Of a stretch of DNA of 64,000 nt, positions 54,033 through 64,000 are shown piece after piece. Positions within the stretch are counted from its first letter, which is position 1. Every line of letters begins with the position of its first letter. This stretch comes from Octopus vulgaris (lineage: Eukaryota): NCBI GenBank assembly GCA_951406725.2, contig OX597815.1:44144001-44208000 (forward strand). Direction: 5' to 3'. Below the pieces are notes generated by a model. That model ran no database searches. It saw only the letters and a list, made by a program, of their open reading frames with translations, and was not told where the DNA came from. A program made the translations under genes and the position numbers.

Positions 54033-54197
54033 ACATACACACAACGGGCTTCTTTCAGTTTCAGTTAACCAAATCCATTCGCAAGTCTTTGGTCAACCCG
54101 GGGCTATAGTAGAAAACACTTGCCCAAGGTATCACACATTAAAACTGAACCTGGAACCATGTGGTTGGGAAGCAAACTGCTTACCACACAGCCACCT
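53745..54197 (-). mobile_element. SINE family B with internal (TG)n
   Basis: Head at 54150-54197 and tail at 53745-53800. Confidence 0.85.
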
Positions 54198-54634
54198 ACA
54201 AATAAATACCTATCTTTCTGAGGCGATATTGTTGTAATATTGTTGTAAGAGCTTGTTAAATATCTTATAAGCGAATACAAACGTACGTGCACGTGTGTAT
54301 ACATCCACCTGCTGAACGAAGTTTTCACAAATAAGTCAGTTAAATTTCTTTCATATAAACGTTAATTGTAGTCGTATCGCCTATCACTATAAACTTTCCA
54401 CTCAAGTGAGTCTTATTATACTTTACTGAATTCAAAATTCAAAAAGCTTAAGTAAACAAAAAGAATGCATTGAACCCAACACAAACAGATATTACTGACA
54501 AAAATACATGGTTCACTGCATTTTCCTGCTCTTGTCAGATTTTATTAAAATAATATATCTTTAATAAGGTCCCAAAAGCAAAATATTACGAGGCTTACTA
54601 ACACAATATATATATTTATTGCTTAATGTTTCTT

Positions 54635-57600
54635 AGGCGGCAAGTTCACAAAATCATTACCGCGCAGAATAAAAGGCTTAGCGGCATTTCGTTCGTCTTT
54701 ACGTTCAGAGTTCAACTTCCGTTAAAGTTGACTATCTTTCATTCTTTTGGGGTCGATAAAATAAGTACCAGTTGAGAACTGGGGTCGATGTAATCGACTT
54801 ACGCTCTCCTTCGAACTTGCTGGCCTTTTGTCAAAATTTGAAACTAATGATATATTGTATGAAAGGAGACAACAGAATCTGAGAAGTAAGATTCTGTTAA
54901 ATTTTTAGTATTTCAGTTTTGATAGAGTTTTGAAAGAATCAAGCATTTTCAGGTTGACAGTGGTTTTCTTAGAATGTGGGCAGTACCCATGAGAACAATT
55001 TCACTTGTTCTAATACATTTGAGTTTCATGTTATTTAGACAAAGTGTTAAAGAACTGACAGGATCATTAGCACGCCATCTCTACGTTCTTAGTTCAAGTC
55101 GATTGTCTTTTATTATTTTAGGTCGATAAAATTAGAACCAGTCAAGTACTGTGGTCGATATAATCGATTAGCTTCCTCCCGCCAAAGTCCAGTCCTAATC
55201 CTACAGTAGAAAGGATTACTTAACGTTTCTAAGGCGGTTTAGCTGGCAGCATTTTGTTAGATTCTGAGAACAAATTCCGCCGACGTCGACTTTGCCTATT
55301 GACATTTCGGGGTCAATAAAATAAGTACCAGTGAAGAACTGGGATCCTTACCTTTTTGATCGACAGATTTAAAAACTATTTTTTTTTTTTTTGTTACTAA
55401 ACACTTTCAAACTTCGGACACTGGTAGAATGTGTCATATAAAACACCTTTTACTCTTAGCATTTTTGAGAAAAACTTAAAGTTCTCGTATTTCGGTAATT
55501 TCAACCAATCAATGACGTGCATTCAGCTGAATAAAATTACTGCTGTTGTTTGTCAACAAGAACTTCCGGCGGTGTATATTTCGTTTGTCACTGTTATTTA
55601 TGACAACCCTAACCCTAAAACCTTAACTCTAACCCTAACCCTAAAACCTTAACTCTAACCCTAACCCTAAAACCCTAACCGTGACCCTAAAACTCTAACC
55701 CTAAAACCCTAAAACCCTAACCCGAAAACCCGAAAACCAGTACAAACGCATGAACGATGTCATAAATAAAAGTGACAAACAAAAAAATACACCGCCGATA
55801 GTTGTTGTTGACAAACAACGGCAGTAATTTTATTCAAAATTGCTAAGAGTAAAAGATGTTTTATATGACACGTTCTACCAGTGTCCGAAGTTTGAAAGTG
55901 TTTAGTTACAAAAAATTATTTTTAAATCTGTAGGTCGAAAGGTAAAGATCCAAGAACTGAGATTAATATAATCTACTAGCTCGCCTCCCAAATAAATTTA
56001 AGTCTTGTGCCCCCAGTAAAAAGGGATTGTTTAATGTTCCTGCGGCGACGAGCTAGCAGAATCGTTATCACGCCGAATATAATACTTAGCGATTGCTTAG
56101 TTGCATTTCGTCTGTCTTAACGTTCTGAGTTCAAATTCCGCCGAGGCCGACTTTGCTTCTCATCCTTTCAGGGTCAATAAAATATGTACCAGTCGATGTA
56201 ATCGACTTCTCCTTTCCCTAAAAAATTGCTAGCCTTGTGCCAAAATTTGAAACCATCATTTAATGTTTCTAAATATTATCGTTTGGCATTGTTCTAGATA
56301 GAAGCTAGATTGGTGGAAATTGCTTTCATTAGCTGAAACGTTCATTGAAAGCTTTGTACATAATGGCTTTTGATTTAAGCACAACTCCAGTAATTTTGCG
56401 TGGAGGAGGTAACGATCGCTGCCATCGACCCAGTACCTGACTGATACTTGATCTTATAGAACCCAGAGGGGTGTAGAATAAAGTTAACTTCGGCAGCATT
56501 TGAACTCAGAATGTCAAGAGCCAAAACGAATGCTGCTGAATTTTTTCATGCTCTAATGATTCTGCCAATCCAACACACTTTATGGTTCCTCATGAAGGAA
56601 CAGTTCAAGATTTTGCCATTGATCCAATACTTTTACTATATTTTTATTGAACTCATGGGGATGAAAAGTAAAGTTGATGTCGGCGTGATTTGAACTCAGA
56701 ATGTAAAAAGCCGGAACAAATATTGCAGTGTATTTTTTTTCTATCGGTTCGCTACCAAATGTCTTATATAATGATTTCAAGCATATACACAAGGCTGCAG
56801 ATTTGACGACGAGAACACTTGATTATATTCGTTTCAAATTTTAGCACAAGGTCAGCAATTTCGGGGGAGGAAGTAAGTCGATTATCCCCCTCCCCCTCCA
56901 CCCAGTATGCAACTGGTACTTATTTTATCGATACGGAAAGGATGAAGGACAAAGTCGACCTCAGTGGAACTTGATCTCAAACCGTAAAGATGGACGAAAT
57001 GTTACTAAACATTATTCGCGGCGTGCTAGTGATTCTGCTAATTGATTGTTTTGACTGCTGTATTTGATTAGTATTTATTTTATCGGGACAAGAAAAATGA
57101 ACTCTGACTGTAAAAAGAAGTTACGAAATATCATAATGTATCTAATCTGCTGTTCTATCAATTTTTTTCCTACCAGTACTTTAAATCTTTTCAAATAACA
57201 GTGAAATGACAATTCAAACGGAGGGTTTATCTTGCAATATAAAAGAGATGCTTCAAGTGGATTTACTGAAATCTTTTTACCCATTTTAACCCAGGTTAAC
57301 CATGTCAAAATTTAGAAGTTAGTTATATAAATAGGGATAACAAACATACGGAAGCATCCAGTTAACATTTATTGCTGTAAATAAACCAAATACAATGGTT
57401 AAATAAATACAACAAGCACTATTTTGCGTCCAATTAACCTTTATTGCAGTAAATAAACTAAACATAACTATCCTCAAACGAGGAAAGTGGGTTAAAATGG
57501 GATGTGCTGAACGTAAAGCGAAGTTAATGAATACAACACATAAGGCGGTGAACTGGCAGAATCGTTACCAGGCCGGGCGAAATGCGTAGCCGTATTTCTT

Positions 57601-57962
57601 CTGCCGTTACGTTCTGAGTTCAAATTCCGCCGAGGTCGACTTTGCCTTTCATCCTTTCGGGGTCGATAAATTAAGTACCAGTTACGCACCGGGGTCGATG
57701 TAATCGACTTAATCCCTTTGTCTGTCCTTGTTTGTCCCCTCTGTGTTTAGCCCCTTGTGGGTAATAAAAAAATAAGAATTCTTAGCTCGCTGGGCAAAAT
57801 GCTTAGCAGCATTTCATTCGTCTTCAAGTTCTCAGTTCAAATTCCGCCGAGGTCGACTTTACCTTTCATCCTTTTGGGGGTCGATAAAATAAGTACCAGT
57901 TGATGTAATCGACTTACGCATTCTCCCCAACTTGCTGGTGTTGTGTCAAAATTTGAAACCAA
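54635..57962. mobile_element. Dense cluster of about nine family A SINEs on both strands
   Basis: Repeated GTCGACTTTGCCTTTCATCC core at about 54720, 55100, 55285, 56150, 56490, 56675, 56955, 57635 and 57855. Confidence 0.8.
55342..55951. mobile_element. Long-TIR non-autonomous DNA transposon (Merlin-like) with a telomere-like core
   Basis: Ends GGATC...GATCC. Exact 8-bp TSD AAGAACTG (55334-55341 and 55952-55959). Degenerate (CCCTAA)n at about 55605-55738. Confidence 0.85.
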
Positions 57963-59673
57963 TAAATACAACGCAATGTGTCCATTATTCTATCAATTGA
58001 AACCCCGCTACCCGTGCTTTAAATCATTTCAAATAATTGTGAAATAAAGTGGAAGGCTTATCTTCTAATACGAAAGATACATTTTAAATATCTAATGGTT
58101 TTACAGGAATCTACTGGAATCTTTCAATGTACAGACATGAACACTTCCAAAATATGTGCTTGAAAAGTGGCCTGGCTGAGAAATTAAGATAGAGAAGTGG
58201 CGTTACTTACAGGATTTAATAGTGGTGATAGAGGTGAAGCTAATTAAGAGAGCTGTCTGTCATGGCAGCTATGAAGTGACGGTAACATTATGGTTTCCAC
58301 AGGTGATGGTGATGATGATATAGAAGAGAAAAGCAAATATGTTTTAGGGGCGATAGCCTGGACAAATGTGATGCCAGTGGGAGTAGTAATAGTCTGAAAA
58401 CAGATATTTGGGGCCAGTGAAGATATGTTTTTCTTGTTAGTGATGCTGCTGGCGATGATAATGGGGGCAGGAGTGTTGATAGCTATGTTGTGGTTGTCAC
58501 CATTTTGACAAAGGTGATGATAATGGAGTTTGTTATAGCCTAGTAGGTCTAAAGCTGATTGTGGTGATATTAAAGAAGATAATAGTGATGTTGAAAGATG
58601 ATAATGGCAATATAGACGTTAGTGGGAGAGTAAATGGCAGTGGTGGGGATGGTGGCTGTAGAATGCGAGGGTTTGGTCGTCATCATTGTCAGGATTAGTG
58701 GTGATGCTGATAGTAGTGGTGGTATTGGTAAAGGGCGTTGTTGTGGGGTAGGTAGTAGTGGTATGGTACGGGTGGTTGTCGTCTAGGGGTTTGGAAGTGT
58801 TGGTGTATGGGCATGTTGATGTGATGGCGGTGATAGCATTGAAGAATAATAAAATACGGATATTTAAATAAAGGGCACCAGCGAAAAAGAAAAGCGAGGA
58901 AATTATCAATTAGTGGTCAAATAGAATCTCTTCTTTCAATACATGACACAACTGTTGGTTTAATTAAGTTTAAGAGGTTCAAGTTTCTATGTCGTTTCAA
59001 GCCGAGAAGAGAACCTGATATAGTTAGTAATGCTGTAAGACTTGAAGAAAAAAAAAAAAAAAAAACGAAAATCCCGATATTTTTCTTCTTCAGATTGACT
59101 TCTTTTAGCAAGTGTCAATTCCATACAAGCCCGCTGTTTTAAGTGTTTTAATTAAGCAGCTGTTTAGTCCTTTATCAAGTTAAGAAATAAATAAAACTCA
59201 AAAATAATTAGGCTACGCACAACCTGTTACTATATATGGGGGAATCTATCTTTTACCTTTTTTTTTTTCTTTTTTGTGCGAAGTAAGAGGAGTTTACATA
59301 GGGAGCAAAAAAGACAAAGGTATATTGTTTATACTAAATACCAAAAAGAATAATGCCTGTGTTAGATGTTTGGGAACATGTGGAAACTATATCTCACATC
59401 GTCGGTGGGTCTATTAATTTAATGTGTGGGTTTATACGTGACTCTGTTTACATTCGCGGGTGAATTTATGTCCTCCGTATGTTATCCATTTAGTATCTGA
59501 ATATATTATTACATGGGTGAAAGAGTTTGCCCCATTCTTAATCGAAAGTATTTTGTTTTTAAATATTTATTTCACGGATATACAGGAACAAAATAAAAAA
59601 TTCTGTTCAAACAGTTCAACATAACAGTTGGACTTCGTTATAAGTTGAGTAAATAATTTTAGTATGGATCAAA

Positions 59674-60228
59674 GGCGGCGAGCTGATAGAAACATTAGCA
59701 CGCCGGACGAAATGCTTAGCGGTATTTCCTCTGCCGTTAAGTTCTGAGTTCAAATTCCGCCGAGGTCGACTTTACCTTTCATCCTTTCGGGGTCGATAAA
59801 TTAAGTACCAGTTATGCACTGGGGTCGATGTAATCGACTTAATACCTATGTCTGTCCTTGTTTGTCCCCTCTATGTTTAGCCCCTTGTGGGTAATAAAGA
59901 AATAGGTATTTCGTCTGCCGTTAAGTTCTGAGTTCAAATTCCTCCGAGCTCGACTTTGCCTTTCATCCTTTCGGGGTCGATAAATTAAGTACCAGTTACG
60001 CACTGAGGTCGATGTATTCGACTTAATCCGTTTGTCTGTCCTTGTTTGTCCCCTCTGTGTTTAGCCCCTTGTGGGTAATAAAGAAATAGTTATTTCGTCT
60101 GTCGTCATGTTCTGAGTTAAAATCCGCCGAGGTCGATTTTTGCCTTTCATCCTTTCGGTGTCGTTAAATTAAGTACCAGTTGCGTACTGGAGTGGATCTA
60201 ATCGATTGGGCCCCTCCCCCAAAATTTT
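59674..60228 (+). mobile_element. Family A SINE trimer (one head, three bodies, 184-bp period)
   Basis: Bodies start at 59721, 59905 and 60089. Confidence 0.9.
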
Positions 60229-60570
60229 TACAAAACTTTCTTCAATAATTACCAATGTAAGGGGCTTAACGTCCGCTTCGTACAGAATAGAACATTTTGT
60301 TGCTCTTTGATGGCACCCACACGTACTGAGGAAAATATATCTGTGTACCGAGAATTTCTCCTTCAACCTACCATATGAGGATTATCTTGTCTTATATAAT
60401 GGCATTGTATTGTTCGGTCTTAGTTTATTGTGCCTATGTAATACTTTTGACAGTAAAATATATAAGATTTGAGAATCATTTGGCGATTTAGCTGCAATTT
60501 CTTATGAACTTCTTTTCCCGCCTACGTTTTGACTCCCACCAGAATCTAAAGGACCAGACTGGAGAGTGGA

Positions 60571-61320
60571 GGGCGGTGAGCTGGCAGAATAGTTACCGCA
60601 CCGAATTAAATGCATTTCGCTCGTCTTCATGTTTCGAGTTCAAATTTCGGCGAGGCTGACTTTGCTTTCATTCTTTCAAGGTCAATAAAATAATTACCAG
60701 CTGAGCACTGGGGTCAATGCAAAAATTGTGCCAAAATTGGAAACCTTTATTAAGGCGGCGAAATGCAGTGAGCTGCCAGAGTCATTAGCATGCTGGGCAA
60801 AATGCTTAGCAGCATTTCGCCCGTCTTTACGTTCTGAGTTCAAATTCCGACGTGGTTGACTTTGCCTTTCAGCCTTTCGGAGTCGATAAAATAAGTACCA
60901 GTTGAAAACTGGAGTCGATGTAAATCGACTTACCCTCTCCCCCGAAATCGCTGGCCTTGTGCCAAAAAATTGAAAGTAATATTAAGGCGGAGAGTTGGCA
61001 GAATCGCTAGCGCGCCGGGCAAAATAATTAGCGGCATTTCGTCCGTCTTTACCTTATGAATTCATATTCCGCCAGGGCCGAAATTGACGGCTTTGTGCCA
61101 GAATTTTGAAACCAACATTATTAAGGCGGCGAAATGGCACAATTTTTGGCGCATTAGTGGAATTTTTTCCGGCACATAACGTTTCTCAGTTCAAATACTG
61201 CCGAAGTCAGCTTTGTCTTTCATCTTTTCGGGGTCGGTAAATAAAGTACCAGTTTTATGCCAAGATTGAAAAAAATCCCCTACCCCTAATCCCTTCCACT
61301 AACCCCTTCCCCTGAAATTG
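60571..61320 (+). mobile_element. Four head-to-tail family A SINEs (short tail)
   Basis: GGCGG heads at about 60572, 60754, 60986 and 61125. Confidence 0.8.
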
Positions 61321-61324
61321 CTGG

Positions 61325-61785
61325 TGTGGCTGTGTGGTAAGAAGCTTGTTTCCCAACCACATGATTCCGGGTTCAGTCTCACTGGGCGACATCTTGAGCA
61401 AGTGTCTTATATTATAGCCACGGGCGGACCAAAGCTTTGAGTAGATTTGGTAGACAGAAGAAACTGAACGAAGCTCGTTGAATATTTATATGTGTGAGCA
61501 CTCACACAACGTACCCATCAATTTAGATCACCAATGACCTAAACCCTCCCTATTTTGCGTGCGTGTGCGTCTATGCGAGTGTATCTTTGTGTCTATGTTT
61601 TTCCCGCCCCACCACCGCTTGATAACTGGTGACGGTGTGTTGCAATTTGTTAAAAAGAGACCGATAGAATAAACATTTGGCTTAATGGATAAATCCTGAC
61701 GGTCAATCTGTTCAAATAAAACCTTCAAGGCAGTGCTCCAGCATGACCGCTGTCAAATGACAGAAAGGAACAAAAGAATAAAATA
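61325..61785 (+). mobile_element. SINE family B, diverged
   Basis: GTGGCTGTGTGGTAAG head and GGCAGTGCTCCAGCATG tail. Confidence 0.75.
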
Positions 61786-61921
61786 ATTATGTCAAAATTT
61801 GAAGAGATTGCAAAATTGTGGACAAAGTACTCAGTGGCATTTCTTCCGATTTCTTGACATTTTGAGTCCATGTCCCGTCAAGGTTTACTTCAGCTTTCAT
61901 CCTTTCAGGTTGATAAAATAT

Positions 61922-62746
61922 ACTCTTTTCTACTCTAGGCACAAGGCCCGAAATTTTGGGAGAGGGGCCCAGTCAATCAGATCGACCCCGCCCCAGTACG
62001 CAACTGCTACTTACTTTATTGAACCCCAAAGGACGAAAGGCAAAAATTGATCTCGGAAGAATTTGAACTCAGAACGCAAAGACAGGCGAACTGCTGCTAA
62101 GCATTTTGCACGGCGTGCTAAGGTTTCTGCCTGCTCGCCGCCTTTAAACAATTCAAGATAAAAGAACATTCTTTTCTACTCTAGGCACAAAGACCTGAAC
62201 ATTTTGGAGAGGGGACCAATCGATTAGATCGACCCAGTACACAACTGGTACTTTATTGACACCGAAAGGAGGAAAGGCAAAGTCAACCTCGGCGGATTTG
62301 AGCTCAGAACGTAAAGGCAGACGAAATACCTATTTCTTTACTACCCACAAGGGGCTAAACACAGACAGGACAACCAAGGACAGACAAACGGATTAAGTCG
62401 GTTATACCGACCCCAGTGCGTAACTGGTATTTATTTAATCGACCCCGAAAGGATGAAAGGCAAAGTCAACCTCGGCGGAATTTGAACTCAGAACATAACG
62501 GCAGACGAAATACCTATTTATTTACTACTCACAATGGGCTAAACACAGAGGGGGACAAACAAGGACAGACAAACGGACTAAGTCGATTATGTCGACGCCA
62601 GTGCGTAACTGGTACTTATTTAATCGACCCCGAAAGGATAAAAGGCAAAGTCGACCTCGGCGGAATTTGAACTCAGAACGTAGCGGCAGACGAAATACCG
62701 CTACGCATTTCGCCCGGCGTGCGAACGTTTCTGACAGCTCGCCGCC
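61922..62746 (-). mobile_element. Family A SINE monomer (61922-62143) plus a trimer (62165-62746)
   Basis: Same trimer layout as 59674-60228, on the opposite strand. Confidence 0.88.
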
Positions 62747-62890
62747 TTGTTAATAAACTATAATACCAGTAAAGTATTGGAGTCGATGCAATCGATTCGG
62801 ACCCTCCTCTTAAAAACCGCTGCCCTTGTTCCAACATTAGAAAGAAGATTAAGTAGGTTCAGCCTTTTATGAAAAGCACGCACTGACTAT

Positions 62891-62961
<71 letters not shown>

Positions 62962-63689
62962 ACTTCTATTCTGTAGTAAGATTTATGGAGGCAGTTTAAT
63001 TACTGCATATACTTGAACAATATCTTATACGTTATGGCAATGAATTTTAAGCACGTTGCATTAGTAGCTATATACTTTCATATTCCAATTAATAGCTATA
63101 CACCTTAAGTTTCAATTAACAGGTTAATTGGTAACGGCTACTTTACTTCAAAATATTATCCATTTTATCTTTCTTCTTTTTTTTATCTTTTACTTCTTTC
63201 GGTTATTAGGCAGCAGTCATGCTGGGACACCGCCTTGAAGAGGTCAGTAAAAGAAATCAACCCCCAATATTTATTCTTCTTAAGCCTGGTACCGTTTCTA
63301 TTGAGCTCTTTTGCTGAACTTCTAATTTACGGGATCATCTACATACCATCACCAGTTGTCAAAGAGTGGTGTGGGACAAGCATAAACACAAACGCTCATG
63401 CACACACACACACATGCACACACACGTGTGTAGGAGGCGTATAAGAAAGAGGTACCCAACGCATTTAATAGGAGTTACATATATTATTTAAAACAGTTTG
63501 ATTCGGCTCCAATCATTTACCCACTTGCAGCCTCTTCAAAGCTTTGTGACTAACTCACGGTTAACAGTTCTATAATAGTCACCTCGCAAGTTACATTTTG
63601 GCATAAAAATAATGAAATTTGGTTACATTAAAATATATGTGGTCCAAAAGGATTAGAGTAAGGCGAAAAATCGAGTTTAAATCAAAGTA

Positions 63690-63940
63690 ACTTTCTTATT
63701 TTAAAAGCAAACTATATTTTATTTAAGCTTAAAGGATGGAACGAAACGAGAAGAATCTAAATATGTCAATTTTATCGAAAGAATCTTTAATATAATGAAG
63801 TTGTGAAGCCAAAACGTAACGCCTCTAGTTGACTTACACTTTCTTAATTTCAAAGCAATCTATATTTTATTTCAGCTCAAATGATAAATCAAAATGAGAG
63901 TAAATCTAAAAATGCTAATTCTATGCAATGAAATTTTTTA
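63690..63940. repeat. Diverged ~149-bp tandem repeat (two copies visible)
   Basis: ACTTTCTTA.TT.AAAGCAA.CTATATTTTATTT.AGCT.AA occurs at about 63690 and 63839. Confidence 0.6.
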
Positions 63941-64000
63941 GTGACAAAAAAATGTAAGTGACGCTAGGCCTTGTGCTTATAATAGAAAGGATAATATAAA

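Noticed and set aside
55605-55738. True telomere or chromosome-fusion scar
   Set aside because: The repeats are degenerate, in one orientation, and enclosed by TIRs with a TSD.
58860-59200. Enhancer-like island with several TAATTA words
   Set aside because: Such words are expected by chance in AT-rich DNA, and no conservation data are available.
59674-60228. CRISPR-like periodicity
   Set aside because: The units are 184-bp SINE bodies with no unique spacers, in eukaryotic DNA with no cas genes.

Overview
AT-rich, repeat-saturated animal genomic DNA. The SINE families and 5S sequence point to an octopod cephalopod (inferred from my recognition, not from a search). No complete protein-coding gene is visible, and nearly all long ORFs in the track are microsatellite translations. 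The window holds: many copies of three tRNA-derived SINE families; decayed RTE, Tx1/L1-like, CRE-like and Penelope-like retroelements; an internally deleted mariner; Helitron pieces; hAT- and Merlin-like MITEs; long microsatellites; and one possible terminal coding exon (minus strand, 2421-2619). The most notable signal is a set of RNA structures inside non-coding mobile elements. These are an intact-looking type I hammerhead ribozyme (49684-49747) in a 500-bp direct-repeat unit, five more decayed hammerhead motifs, a possible HDV-like double pseudoknot at the 5' end of an RTE-derived non-autonomous element, and a full 5S rRNA copy joined to a SINE-like tail and poly(A). Folds and alignments were done by eye, and ribozyme activity is not shown.
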